This document shows, piece by piece, positions 1 through 10,545 of a DNA stretch of 64,000 bases (the stretch's first letter is position 1; every line of letters starts with the position of its first letter). The translations under genes were made by a program, and so were the position numbers. The notes under the pieces are model-generated. The model worked only from the letters and a program-made list of their open reading frames with translations, was not told the DNA's origin and did not search any database. The stretch spans positions 11,454 to 75,453 of the forward strand of contig JBAZSW010000004.1 in the NCBI GenBank assembly GCA_041662245.1. The letters are read 5' to 3'. Origin of the DNA: Parcubacteria group bacterium. Its GTDB lineage: Bacteria > Patescibacteriota > Minisyncoccia > Moranbacterales > UBA9337.

Positions 1-1388
1 AAAAAGATTATAAGAAAGAAGTCGATTATCTAGCTATTCATCATTATCTTACTTATCAATATTGCCCTACTCCACTGACTGGATTTAAGGATATAAAAAA
101 ATTAGAACCGGCTCACTTTCTATTTATTGATTTAAAAAATAAAAAGGTTGAGAAAGAAAAATATTGGAAATTGGATTATTCCAAAAAATTGAATCTTTCC
201 CAAAAAGAATGGAAAAAGAGAATTATGCTAAAATTGGATGAGTCTGTGCGTTTACGCATGATTTCCGATGTGCCTATTGGCGCTTTTCTCTCGGGAGGTA
301 TTGATTCCAGCGCGATAGTGGCGCTGATGAGCCAGCATAGTGATAAACCCATTAAAACTTTTTCTATTGGCTTTGGCGAAAAAAAATATAATGAACTCCG
401 CTATGCTAAAATTGTTGCAAGGAAGTTTAAAACTGATCACAAAGAATTCATCGTTAAACCCAATGCTATCGAGCTCCTTCCAATGCTTGTAAGACAGTAT
501 GAGGAGCCTTATGCTGACTCGAGTGCCCTACCTACCTATTATGTTAGTAAATTGACTAGAGAATATGTGACTGTCGCTTTAAATGGTGATGGAGGTGATG
601 AAAACTTTGGTGGCTATGGTCGCTACAGCGTTCAAAAATTTGGACTTTGGTATGATAAAATTATGCCTCTTCATAAATTTATTGTCTTACCCATCAGTAA
701 GTTTTTAGCTAAAAATATTAAAAATACTTTTTTCGATAGAGCTTATGTTTTTGCCGAAACACTTTCTCAAAAATATAACTATCGGTATATTAATTATATC
801 CGCTATTTTTCCAATGAATTAAAAGAAAAAATGTACACCGATAGCTTTAAAGAAAAAACTAAAAATATTGATTCGTACGACATAGTGGCTAGTAAATTCA
901 ACGAAGCTGGAACTAAAGATAAGATGGACCAATGCCTTTACGCTGATTTTAATACTTATTTACATGATGACCTAATGGCTAAAGTCGATATTGATTCTAT
1001 GACTGTGGCGCTAGAAGGTCGTTCCCCTTTTCTCGATCATGAGCTCCTCGAGCTCACAGCTCAAATTCCCTTTGATCTAAAACTTAAGGGATATAATAAT
1101 AAAAAATATATTTTAAAAGAAGCTTTGCAAGGGCTAGTGCCAGATGAAGTGATGTTTCGACCGAAAATGGGATTTGGAATTCCGATTGATATTTGGTTTC
1201 GCGGAGAGCTTAAGAATTACGCCTATGACCTCCTTTTATCTGAGCAATCACTTTCTAGGGGTATTTTTAAAAAAGAAGCCGTTTTGAGCCTCCTAGATGA
1301 ACACACTAAAACAAAAATAAGTCATGCCTACAGAATTTGGGCGCTTATCACCTTAGAGCTTTGGTTTAGAGAATATTTCCCCTCGTAA
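1..1388 (+). CDS. asnB: Asparagine synthase (glutamine-hydrolysing)-family amidotransferase, 5'-truncated by the window; glycan amidation type
   Basis: SDVPIGAFLSGGIDSS, ALNGDGGDE, RSPFLD and RPKMGF motifs; frame open from window start; glycosyltransferase context. Confidence 0.9.
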   Translation, partial: KDYKKEVDYLAIHHYLTYQYCPTPLTGFKDIKKLEPAHFLFIDLKNKKVEKEKYWKLDYSKKLNLSQKEWKKRIMLKLDESVRLRMISDVPIGAFLSGGIDSSAIVALMSQHSDKPIKTFSIGFGEKKYNELRYAKIVARKFKTDHKEFIVKPNAIELLPMLVRQYEEPYADSSALPTYYVSKLTREYVTVALNGDGGDENFGGYGRYSVQKFGLWYDKIMPLHKFIVLPISKFLAKNIKNTFFDRAYVFAETLSQKYNYRYINYIRYFSNELKEKMYTDSFKEKTKNIDSYDIVASKFNEAGTKDKMDQCLYADFNTYLHDDLMAKVDIDSMTVALEGRSPFLDHELLELTAQIPFDLKLKGYNNKKYILKEALQGLVPDEVMFRPKMGFGIPIDIWFRGELKNYAYDLLLSEQSLSRGIFKKEAVLSLLDEHTKTKISHAYRIWALITLELWFREYFPS

Positions 1389-1405
1389 AATTTAACCCCC
1401 ATTTC

Positions 1406-1440
1406 TGTCCTTGCGAGTCGGTACTCCAACGTGGCAATCC
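1406..1440 (+). repeat. GTCAT-family palindromic repeat (degenerate)
   Basis: TGTCCTTGCGAG...GTGGCAATCC, same end architecture as the other TGTCAT..GATC/AATC copies. Confidence 0.5.
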
Positions 1441-1470
1441 AGAAATATGTTTATAATAAGTCACAGCAAT

Positions 1471-2310
1471 ATGCTCTACAAAAAAATTATTATTATCTCT
1501 TTTGTTTTTGGAATAATTCTTTTGTCATTGAATATTTATGGGCTTTTTATTTCTTTAAGAAGTCCTTTGATTTATAATCCGGAACTTTTCTCTCATAAAA
1601 CAAGCGACATAATCACCATGTCAGAAACTGAAGTTTTTTCAAAAATATCCCAGAGAAAAGGACACACCAATGAAGAATTCTTGGAAATTACAACGGATTC
1701 TATTCATAATGGCATGCTTCACTATTGGGACGATGAACTAAAGAATGAGTTTAATCTAAGGATTCCTATTTATGAAAATTACATACTCTTTACACTCAGC
1801 TATATCCATCCTGGAATATTTCAGAAGTATGAAATAAGTGGCTTATGGGAAAAAGGTGTTGAGCGAGGTGTTGGTTGGTGTTCTCAGTCTTCCTGTATTC
1901 TAGCCTCAGCTCTAAGATCAAATGGCTTAAAATCAAAGGTTTATGTTATGCAAAATCATACTGTTGCATTAATTGAAGTTGATGCCAAAGAAAAAAAGGA
2001 ATGGATTGCTGATCCTGATTATGGGGTAGTCATCCGTCATAGTATTGATGAAGTTGAGAGCAATCCTAAATTAATTAAATTATTTTACGAAGAAAAGGGT
2101 TACGATCAAAATACGATTAATAACTTAGTTGCAATTTTCGATAAAAATAACGAGATTGAGCGTAAGAGTAATTTCATACGCCACACAAATTATTGCTCTC
2201 TGAAACATCGAGTATTTGAATATTTTACATATGTCATAAAATGGATACTGCCATTTATATTAATTTTTCCGCTAGTCTACGCGAAGAGTATTAAGAGACG
2301 TCAACATTAA
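1471..2310 (+). CDS. Membrane-anchored transglutaminase-like (Cys-His-Asp) protein
   Basis: N- and C-terminal hydrophobic helices; GWCSQ..NHTV..WIADPDYG triad-like pattern; ATG 1471 preferred (TATAAT at 1452-1457). Confidence 0.55.
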   Translation: MLYKKIIIISFVFGIILLSLNIYGLFISLRSPLIYNPELFSHKTSDIITMSETEVFSKISQRKGHTNEEFLEITTDSIHNGMLHYWDDELKNEFNLRIPIYENYILFTLSYIHPGIFQKYEISGLWEKGVERGVGWCSQSSCILASALRSNGLKSKVYVMQNHTVALIEVDAKEKKEWIADPDYGVVIRHSIDEVESNPKLIKLFYEEKGYDQNTINNLVAIFDKNNEIERKSNFIRHTNYCSLKHRVFEYFTYVIKWILPFILIFPLVYAKSIKRRQH

Positions 2311-2320
2311 TAAAATAATT

Positions 2321-3421
2321 ATGAAAAGAAAAAGGATATTACACCTCATCACAGGTCTTGAAATTGGGGGTGCTGAGATGATGCTCCTTAAAACCTTACC
2401 AAAAATGCAAGATGATTTTGATAATCGTGTTTGCTGCATCATGGGTCATGGACCAATGGGTAAAAAATTGGAAGAAGCTGGCATACCCGTTTATTATCTA
2501 AATTTAAAAAATATTTTTGAGTTAGGTTTGATTCTCAGGTTTAGAAAAGTAACTAAAGAATTGAAACCCAATATCCTAGTAACCTACTTAATTCATGCTG
2601 ATTTATTTGGTCGTGTTTTTGGCAGATTATTTGGCATAAAAAAAATAATTTGCAACCAACGAGGGTCACTGCTACAATGGGAATTTCTGAGGGTTATTGA
2701 TAGGCTAACAAAATGCTTAGTTACCCATTATATTGTCCAAACCAAAGTCACTAAAAGAGAACTTGCGCAGAAACTTCATTTGCCTTTAGAAAAATTTACA
2801 GTTATCCCTAACTCCATTGATGTTTCAGAATATAAATTCGAACTAGACAAAGATGCAAAGAAAAAAGAATTAGGAATAAATCCTACTAATCAAAATATCG
2901 TTTGCGTCAGTAATTTGCGTCGTAGCAAGGGTCATGAATATCTATTGGAAGCTTTTGAAGAAATTTACGCCAAAAATAACAATATAAATCTGCTAATTGT
3001 CGGCGATGGTGAGCGAGAAGTTGAGTTAAGAGAAAAAACAGAAAACTACTCTTCAAAAAATAATATTTATTTTCTTGGAAAAAGAAGTGATGTAAAAGAG
3101 ATTCTTAGGATAAGTGATGTCTTTATACTCCCTACTCTTGCCGAAGGAATGAGTAATGCAATTATGGAAGCTATGGCAACGGGACTTGCGATTATCACTA
3201 CAGCTATTGAAGTAAATAAAGAACTTATCCAAGATAATTATTCGGGACTGTTGGTACCTACACAAAATAGCATAGCGATTAGTCAATCCATAGATAAAAT
3301 CACTTATAATCTAAAACTCAAAAATCAGCTCAGATTCAATGCAAAAGAAAAAATAATAAACAACTTTTCAGTAAAGGCCTGTGTCGAAAAAACTAAGAAT
3401 CTTTACAATACTATCTTATAA
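2321..3421 (+). CDS. GT4-family glycosyltransferase
   Basis: GLEIGGAE N-terminal motif; KGH; EGMSNAIMEAMA motif. Confidence 0.9.
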   Translation: MKRKRILHLITGLEIGGAEMMLLKTLPKMQDDFDNRVCCIMGHGPMGKKLEEAGIPVYYLNLKNIFELGLILRFRKVTKELKPNILVTYLIHADLFGRVFGRLFGIKKIICNQRGSLLQWEFLRVIDRLTKCLVTHYIVQTKVTKRELAQKLHLPLEKFTVIPNSIDVSEYKFELDKDAKKKELGINPTNQNIVCVSNLRRSKGHEYLLEAFEEIYAKNNNINLLIVGDGEREVELREKTENYSSKNNIYFLGKRSDVKEILRISDVFILPTLAEGMSNAIMEAMATGLAIITTAIEVNKELIQDNYSGLLVPTQNSIAISQSIDKITYNLKLKNQLRFNAKEKIINNFSVKACVEKTKNLYNTIL

Positions 3422-4252
3422 TTTTTTCAAAAGAAATTCATTACAACCTATACTTCTGACTCCCGTGTATTTTTCGCAGATCATATTATACTTTTTAAAA
3501 TAAACAATAATTTCTTTCACTGAAGCATACTCATAGGGATAACCACCTAACCAATCTTTTATATCAGTAAAAAAATTCATACCTCTTAAGGTTGAATAAT
3601 TTTTAATATACGAAAATGGATTTTTTAGATTAGCTACTAGACCAATAACAAAATAAGTTACATATACACATTCCATTATTTTCTTGATAGCAACATTTGA
3701 GGAATTATAAAATCTTTTTAAATTTACCCATAATTTAGAAGTACCCTCTAGTATACATTTTGTGTTTTTATTATAAATAGCCAAATAAAAAACTCCCTCA
3801 GTTTTCATTAATTGAATAACATTTTCAAAGGCTCGATACATTTCACCAGTGTGATGCAAAACTCCCCAAGAATATACTATATCAAATTGACCTAGGGTTT
3901 TAATAAAATTCTCATCTAGGGCTGAACCTTTTGTAATTTTCCAGTTTTCAGGATTGCCATTTTTTTCTTTTAGATATTTAGCACAAGCAATAGAGAAATC
4001 ATCCACATCTACACTGACGACTTCTTTTGCTCCGAGCAGATAAGCAGCTAGAGAAAATAATCCGCTTCCAGATCCAATATCCACAAAAGTTTTATCTTTA
4101 ATCTTATCTTCACCTCCTAAAAATTCTACCAATGATTTTTTAGCTTCCTGTATTTTTTCATCTGTTAGCGTTTTTAAGAAATTCTGCCAATTTTTACCAA
4201 AACTAAAATGTTTCTTATTTTTATATGTATCTTCGTATATTTCATTTTTCAT
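3416..4252 (-). CDS. Class I SAM-dependent methyltransferase
   Basis: VDIGSGSG motif I; FDIVYSWGVLHH. Confidence 0.85.
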   Translation of the reverse strand: MKNEIYEDTYKNKKHFSFGKNWQNFLKTLTDEKIQEAKKSLVEFLGGEDKIKDKTFVDIGSGSGLFSLAAYLLGAKEVVSVDVDDFSIACAKYLKEKNGNPENWKITKGSALDENFIKTLGQFDIVYSWGVLHHTGEMYRAFENVIQLMKTEGVFYLAIYNKNTKCILEGTSKLWVNLKRFYNSSNVAIKKIMECVYVTYFVIGLVANLKNPFSYIKNYSTLRGMNFFTDIKDWLGGYPYEYASVKEIIVYFKKYNMICEKYTGVRSIGCNEFLLKKL

Positions 4253-4266
4253 ACTTTTTATTTTAA

Positions 4267-5622
4267 TTATTTACAATATTCGCACAAGATGTTGGCTATT
4301 TTTTCTCCTGAATTTCCACGAAGAGAATGGGCTAATTCTTTTGCTGTATCAGTTTTAACATATTTATGGTTAATACAAAAATTAATTTTTTTAACTAAGT
4401 CGCTCAATGAATGAGCAATATGAGATCCATCTCTCCGTAATAAATATTCTGCATGATTAAATTTATAAAATCTTTTGACTGAACTATAAAAATCTAGTTT
4501 GTCTTCATCGAAAGCTATTCCTATAGCTGGAGTTCGCATAACTAAGGCCTCCAGAAGAACAGTTGAAACAACATTCAAAATTACATCTGAATTTTTTAAG
4601 ATATTGCCATAATGGACGAGATCTTCCATTTGAAATCCCATGCCATCATTAAGTTGAATATTTTTAGAATTTGTAGTTTCTATTTTGACATTATTATATT
4701 TTTTAAGATTTTTGTAATATTTGATATCATCTCTGGGATGTAGCCTAACCAGCAAAAACCATTTAAACACTATGGATTTTTCAAACTCTTTTATTATTTT
4801 TTCAATTATTATATTTTCATTAGGAATCATTGGATGAGTCCCTGTTGTATATGTTATAATTTTGCGATCATTTGTAATACCCAAGTATTCGCATAAATTC
4901 TCTTTACTTAATAAATTTTTGTTTTTTAGATAAAAATCTAATTGTGGTATACCAACTTTATGTACACTCCCTTTATAATCTGAGAAAAAAGATAAGATTT
5001 CCTCTTCTTGAAATTTATTCCAAATTAATATTTTCTCAAAATTAATATTTATTGGCCCCTTAGAACTTAAATTATCCCAGCTATGAACCATTCCCACTAT
5101 CGGGATGCACCTGTCCAGAGCCTCCTTTATGACGCTAAAATCAAATCTAAATGAAGGAGCTGTCACAAAAATAACATCTGGTTTTATTTTAGAAATTAAT
5201 AACTTTGTTTTTTCATCTTTAGAAAATAAAAATTTAAAATAATCAAAAAATAAATACTGTTTTTTCCAAGATAAAAAAAATCTTAGAAATAAACACAAGC
5301 CTAAGATTAGGCGCTGAGAAAAAATTAAACTTTGATCTTTAGTTTTTACATCAAAAGTAGATGAGTTAATATATTTATTAAAAGAAATAATAGTGGCTTG
5401 AGAAAAAACCATTTGAAAAAATTTAAATTTTTCTGGAATAAAATGAAGTGAAATTGAAGGATATTGTTCATAATTAAATATCTTCTTAACATCTTTTAAT
5501 GGAATTGGCGTAAAAATATGTATTTCATTATATTTTTTTAATAATAATTCCAAAAAAATAACATTTAAAAAAAGATTTTTAAATGTTGAACCAAATGGAG
5601 CAGTAATAATTATTTTATTCAT
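4267..5622 (-). CDS. GT-B fold transferase (TagF/sialyltransferase-like), probable CMP-nonulosonate transferase
   Basis: HSWDNLSSKG, GIPQLD, RLHPRD and STVLLEA motifs; directly downstream of neuA. Confidence 0.6.
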   Translation of the reverse strand: MNKIIITAPFGSTFKNLFLNVIFLELLLKKYNEIHIFTPIPLKDVKKIFNYEQYPSISLHFIPEKFKFFQMVFSQATIISFNKYINSSTFDVKTKDQSLIFSQRLILGLCLFLRFFLSWKKQYLFFDYFKFLFSKDEKTKLLISKIKPDVIFVTAPSFRFDFSVIKEALDRCIPIVGMVHSWDNLSSKGPININFEKILIWNKFQEEEILSFFSDYKGSVHKVGIPQLDFYLKNKNLLSKENLCEYLGITNDRKIITYTTGTHPMIPNENIIIEKIIKEFEKSIVFKWFLLVRLHPRDDIKYYKNLKKYNNVKIETTNSKNIQLNDGMGFQMEDLVHYGNILKNSDVILNVVSTVLLEALVMRTPAIGIAFDEDKLDFYSSVKRFYKFNHAEYLLRRDGSHIAHSLSDLVKKINFCINHKYVKTDTAKELAHSLRGNSGEKIANILCEYCK

Positions 5623-5634
5623 ATCAATCCAGTT

Positions 5635-6369
5635 TTATTTTAGTTTTATTTTATTATTTATTTTTTTCATCATGTATTCAGCCTTTAGCCAATCAAATTC
5701 ATTATCTATATCAATTGATCTTTCTTTCGGCACAATATGTCCAACAATATTATTCCCAAAAATCTTATTTTTCTTCATCAATAGATCCCTGGTCATTACA
5801 TAAACTGCACCGCTTCTTTTGTAAGCAGTTGGCAAATCCTGACGTCTAAAAACATTCTCCTTAATGCAATACGGAAATACCCTGTCTCCAATAATTTTTT
5901 TTATTTTAATTGGATGATTGCAATCAATCTCAACAAGGCTAACTGCTGAATCTGCCTGTTTATTATTTATAATCTTTTTCAGAGTTTCATCAATATCTTT
6001 TGCCTCACGTAATGGAGAAGTTGGCTGGAGAATAACAACGTAATCAAAAATGATGCCTAACTTTTTCTCCATAAAATCATTGGCATGTTTCATGACATCG
6101 ATATGACTAGCTGTATCAGATGCTAATGCGGCTGGACGCAAAAAAGGAACCTGAACTTTTAATTTTTTTGATATATCAGCTATCTTTTTATCATCTGTAG
6201 AAACAATCAGATGGGAAATCAATTTACTTTTCTTTGCCACTTGGATTGTATAAACAACAAGAGGCTTCTTTCTTAATTTTTTTAGATTTTTTCCCGGAAT
6301 TCCCTTTGAACCGCTTCTGGCAGTGATAACCGCTAATATCTTATATTTTTTTTTCATAAATCTAATCAA
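5635..6369 (-). CDS. neuA: Acylneuraminate cytidylyltransferase
   Basis: ARSGSKGIPGKN, LQPTSPLR, RRQD and SIDID motifs. Confidence 0.9.
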   Translation of the reverse strand: MIRFMKKKYKILAVITARSGSKGIPGKNLKKLRKKPLVVYTIQVAKKSKLISHLIVSTDDKKIADISKKLKVQVPFLRPAALASDTASHIDVMKHANDFMEKKLGIIFDYVVILQPTSPLREAKDIDETLKKIINNKQADSAVSLVEIDCNHPIKIKKIIGDRVFPYCIKENVFRRQDLPTAYKRSGAVYVMTRDLLMKKNKIFGNNIVGHIVPKERSIDIDNEFDWLKAEYMMKKINNKIKLK

Positions 6370-7525
6370 TAAATTCTTTTTGAGTGTAAAGTTTTATCTT
6401 GGCTAAAACTCTAGCGATTTCTTTACTTGTATCATTTGAATGATATAGACAAGATTGTTCATATCTACCTACCTTTAATTGACGCCTGATTGCTTTTTCA
6501 ATCTCTTTATTTGAATTATTGCAACGAATAACATTTTGCGCCCTTAAACGATTATCTTGCCTTTGCCCAATATCCACAACTGGGATTCCTAAATATGAAC
6601 ATTCCTTAATACCAGCTGAAGAATTTCCAACTAAACATCTTGCGTTGGATAGTAGTCTCAGAAATTTTTTAGGATGCAAGTATCTCAGAAATTTTATTTT
6701 ATGATCGACTTCTTGATCATTAAACAATCTCAATTCATGAGATATTTTTTCTGCACCTGCATCAAAATTAGGCCAAAACCACAAAATCTGAATATCGAAT
6801 TTATTCACTGCCTTTAGAATCTCTCTTGTATAAATAGATAAATTATCAATTTGACTTGTAACAGGATGAAACATTACCATAATATACTCTTTAGTAAAGT
6901 CAAAATTCGCACCACTACCCACATTTTTTAAATTTATATTCCCATTTTCTTTTAAAACTTTTTTTGCAACTTCAATATCCGGACTTCCAAAATTAAATAC
7001 ATATTTTTTTCTTTCTCCCATTCTTAAAATTCTTTCATATGCATCTTCGTTTGTTGCAAAATGTACATGTGAAAGTTTAGTTATGGCATGTCTTACTGAT
7101 TCATCTAACGTTCCACTTTTATCCCCTCCTTCTATATGAGCAACTGGAATATTCATATACGAAGCGGCTATAGTAGCAGCAAGTACTTCAAATCTATCTG
7201 CTCTTACAACAACTACATCTGGATTTATTTCATTAAAAACAGATGAGAATTCAACTATTCCCAACCCTACCGTCTTAGATTTTGTAATAACATTGTCGCC
7301 CTCCAAATTGAAATGAACTTCGTAAACAAATTTGTAATTCTCTTTTTCTAATATATTTTTTATATTGAAATCATGTGAAACATGTTTACTCAAAAGCACA
7401 GAACCACCTAAAACAATATGTAATTCAACATCTTCTCTTTTTTTTAATTCATTGAGAATTAAAAAATTCCGACTATAATGAATTGGACTAGTAATTACAA
7501 AACAAATCTTTCTTTTGTGAATCAT
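6362..7525 (-). CDS. neuC: UDP-GlcNAc 2-epimerase (hydrolysing)
   Basis: DRFEVL, HIEGGD, DESVRHAITKLSH, GNSSAGIKE and IGQRQDNR motifs. Confidence 0.9.
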   Translation of the reverse strand: MIHKRKICFVITSPIHYSRNFLILNELKKREDVELHIVLGGSVLLSKHVSHDFNIKNILEKENYKFVYEVHFNLEGDNVITKSKTVGLGIVEFSSVFNEINPDVVVVRADRFEVLAATIAASYMNIPVAHIEGGDKSGTLDESVRHAITKLSHVHFATNEDAYERILRMGERKKYVFNFGSPDIEVAKKVLKENGNINLKNVGSGANFDFTKEYIMVMFHPVTSQIDNLSIYTREILKAVNKFDIQILWFWPNFDAGAEKISHELRLFNDQEVDHKIKFLRYLHPKKFLRLLSNARCLVGNSSAGIKECSYLGIPVVDIGQRQDNRLRAQNVIRCNNSNKEIEKAIRRQLKVGRYEQSCLYHSNDTSKEIARVLAKIKLYTQKEFID

Positions 7526-7531
7526 AAATAT

Positions 7532-8371
7532 TTAATAATTTTTACCTAATCTTCCTGTATATCTTTCTCTTGTGAGTTTTTCTTCGGGAAGCAAATCTAA
7601 ATTACCCGTACCCATCAATACATCATATTTATTTCTCCATTCACAAAGATCGATAAAGACATCAGGCTCATCTGCAATCATATGTGTTGTAATGGGTTTC
7701 AGCCCTTTTCCGACACTGTGAGATATTTGTGGCGTGTTTTTATCTATCGTAAAATGTTTTTCAATATAGTCGACCCCAATTCCCATTGAAAAAACTGCCG
7801 CTTCTAACCCCAAAACATGATCAGAATAACCGACAGAGTTGGCCACAGTCTTTAGCCAACAGAGTTTTTTTAAATTAGCTTTTTCCATTGGACAAGGATA
7901 AACCGATACACAATGCATAATTGTATATTTTCCTGATTTTAATATATCAATAGCTTTTAAAATCTCATCTTGGGTTGACATACCAGAAGAAACAATAACC
8001 TCTTCGAAATTATCCCTAATTTTCTTTAAAAAATCAAAATGCTTAAGATCTGTACTTGCTATTTTTATCGATTTTAACCCTAATTCTTTTAAAAATTCAA
8101 TTCGACCAAAATCATAGCATGTTGTCATAAAATCAACATTATTTTTTTCACATTCTTCCTTCAATATATAATGTGCCTCATCAGAAAGCTCAAGTGAAGC
8201 ATATCTTTTTTTATCTGGATCTATATCGCTTACATTTTTACTTTGCCAAGACTGAAATTTTACAATATCCACCCCAGTTTCTGCTGCAGATTTTATCATT
8301 TTTTTTGCCAAATCAATATTACCATTGTGACAAGAAGCAATTTCCGCAATTATTTTTGGTTTGTTACTCAT
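7532..8371 (-). CDS. neuB: N-acetylneuraminate/nonulosonate synthase without the C-terminal SAF domain
   Basis: IAEIASCHNG, VKFQ, KIAS, HCVSVYP, GYSDH and IEKHFT motifs. Confidence 0.85.
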   Translation of the reverse strand: MSNKPKIIAEIASCHNGNIDLAKKMIKSAAETGVDIVKFQSWQSKNVSDIDPDKKRYASLELSDEAHYILKEECEKNNVDFMTTCYDFGRIEFLKELGLKSIKIASTDLKHFDFLKKIRDNFEEVIVSSGMSTQDEILKAIDILKSGKYTIMHCVSVYPCPMEKANLKKLCWLKTVANSVGYSDHVLGLEAAVFSMGIGVDYIEKHFTIDKNTPQISHSVGKGLKPITTHMIADEPDVFIDLCEWRNKYDVLMGTGNLDLLPEEKLTRERYTGRLGKNY

Positions 8372-9209
8372 ATTTTTTTCCATTACATTCAAAAATTAAA
8401 TAAATACTGTCTTTTGAATCCTCTTCTTCATATAAAGAATGCACCTTAATATCATTAAAAAAATTACTAAGAAAAATCTCTAGACTAATTTTACTGAAAT
8501 AGTTTCGATGATCAAACCAATGCCACCTAGCTCTACCCATTTTTTCATATTTTTTATTCGGGAAACGATTTGGAACACTTATGAAAAATTTTCCATCTTT
8601 TTTAATAAATTTATACAAGTTTTGAAATGCTGGAAGCATGTCCTGAGGAGCCATATGCTCGAAAACCTCATAGGCACAAACGGAATCAAATTTTCCGAAT
8701 CTCAATGGAAAGTTTTCAATAGTAAAATTCTCTAGTTTTATTTTTTTAGCTACACCATAATTAATTATTCCTTGTTTCAATAAATCTTTAATTAATCTTT
8801 TCCCATCTTTAATGGCAGATTTTCTTATATCTATGCCAACTACCTTTGAAACATTTGGAATTTGAGCAATCTTGATACTCACACTCCCATCGCTACATCC
8901 GACTTCCAAAACTTTCTTTCCATAATTAAAACTCTCAATTAGCTCGATTCTTCTCAGGTCGTCCTGCAACATATTTTTTACATTTTTTTCAACTTTATCA
9001 GGATAAAAAACTCTTTTAATTTGATCTTTATACTTTTCAGCACTATTATTTTGATCTTTCTCGTTCCACAAATATGATTCGATTACAACTGGCAACACGC
9101 AAGAAGAATCCGTGGATATAGTTTCTTTTTTTGCGAAAGAATTAAGCATTTTGCCTTCTTTGTCCAATAAAACAATTTTTTTAATATTCTTTATCATATT
9201 TAAATTCAA
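8364..9209 (-). CDS. Class I SAM-dependent methyltransferase
   Basis: VLEVGCSDG; FDSVCAYEVFEH; ISVPN. Confidence 0.8.
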   Translation of the reverse strand: MNLNMIKNIKKIVLLDKEGKMLNSFAKKETISTDSSCVLPVVIESYLWNEKDQNNSAEKYKDQIKRVFYPDKVEKNVKNMLQDDLRRIELIESFNYGKKVLEVGCSDGSVSIKIAQIPNVSKVVGIDIRKSAIKDGKRLIKDLLKQGIINYGVAKKIKLENFTIENFPLRFGKFDSVCAYEVFEHMAPQDMLPAFQNLYKFIKKDGKFFISVPNRFPNKKYEKMGRARWHWFDHRNYFSKISLEIFLSNFFNDIKVHSLYEEEDSKDSIYLIFECNGKKYE

Positions 9210-9256
9210 TAATCAATTATCATTCTATGCTCATAAAACACATTATACAACTTTTT

Positions 9257-10543
9257 CTATTGAAATGCAAAATACTTCTTTCTAATTGCCAAACTTACAA
9301 CATAAGCCATTACCCATACAAAAAAACTTAAATTGAAAGCTACCACCGCACCAAAAAGGCCATATTTAAAAATTAAAGTAAATGACAAAATAATTTTGGT
9401 AATATAATAAACGGTATCTGAGAAAACAATAACTGCATTCATTTTCTTTGCATATACATATCTTACAATCATATTCTGAGGAATATATAAAATAATAAAC
9501 AAGACAAAATATTTTGAATACGAATAATATTCTGTATAGTTAGTGCCAAACAATAGCAAACAAAGTTTTACGATAAAAAAATAATAAAATACTGATAATA
9601 TTAAAATCACTATACCAAAAAATAATACAATTGCTCGTTTATTTTTTAGTAACTGCCATAAGTCTTCATTCGTAATTATAAATTTAGGAAAAAGTATACT
9701 TAAAAGTGGCTTCACACTTTCTCTTAACTTGATTGGAATCAATGAAACAATTGAATACGCAGCTAGTGTCACGGGGGACAAAAAAGTTGCTAGTATAATT
9801 TTATCTACATTATCAGCCACTATTCCAAGTGCACTAATTTTTGTTAAAAAAAATCCATATTTATCAACATCTGGATCTTTATTATTATTATTTATATATT
9901 TTAAACTTTTTTGATAAAATAAAACATTAAATAAAGCAAAAATTCCTAGATATATGGTCGCTATTACTAACAAATTATCCTTATAAAACAAAATAGCCAA
10001 AACAGAAAATAAGGTATTTACAATTGATTGAATGGAAAAATATTTAGCTGAAATGTCAAAAAGTGCCTTTCCTTGCAAAAAACTATCCCATGTATTGAAA
10101 GCATAAAAGAATGGAAAAATTATTGAAGTTACCAGTAAAGATATTCCTAATGGAAAACTTTCCTTTATGTAATAAAATCCAATAATCCAAAGGATGGGAA
10201 TCCCTATAATACTCCATAAAAAACTTTTTTTAACGACACTCTGATAATTCCCATCACTTCCATTGGCAACTGCCGCAGAAATTGATGTATTTAAACCTGA
10301 AATAGAACAAATTGAAACTATGGACCAAATAGAAATTATCAATTGATATTGACCAAATACTTCTTTGCTTAAAAATCTAGCGAAAGAAATATATAGAATC
10401 AAGCCAGCAATAATAGTTATAATTTGTCTTAAGCTAACCCAAAAACCATTCTTAATAAAATATGGCAAGTCGAGGCCTATTTTTTTGCCCAATTTTTTAG
10501 ATAAACTATAGACTTTTTCTTGTATTTTATTTATTATTTTCAT
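9257..10543 (-). CDS. wzx: Polysaccharide flippase (Wzx/MOP family)
   Basis: About 12 hydrophobic segments; ARFLSKEVFGQY; DKIILATFLSP; first gene of the glycan operon. Confidence 0.85.
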   Translation of the reverse strand: MKIINKIQEKVYSLSKKLGKKIGLDLPYFIKNGFWVSLRQIITIIAGLILYISFARFLSKEVFGQYQLIISIWSIVSICSISGLNTSISAAVANGSDGNYQSVVKKSFLWSIIGIPILWIIGFYYIKESFPLGISLLVTSIIFPFFYAFNTWDSFLQGKALFDISAKYFSIQSIVNTLFSVLAILFYKDNLLVIATIYLGIFALFNVLFYQKSLKYINNNNKDPDVDKYGFFLTKISALGIVADNVDKIILATFLSPVTLAAYSIVSLIPIKLRESVKPLLSILFPKFIITNEDLWQLLKNKRAIVLFFGIVILILSVFYYFFIVKLCLLLFGTNYTEYYSYSKYFVLFIILYIPQNMIVRYVYAKKMNAVIVFSDTVYYITKIILSFTLIFKYGLFGAVVAFNLSFFVWVMAYVVSLAIRKKYFAFQ

Positions 10544-10545
10544 AT

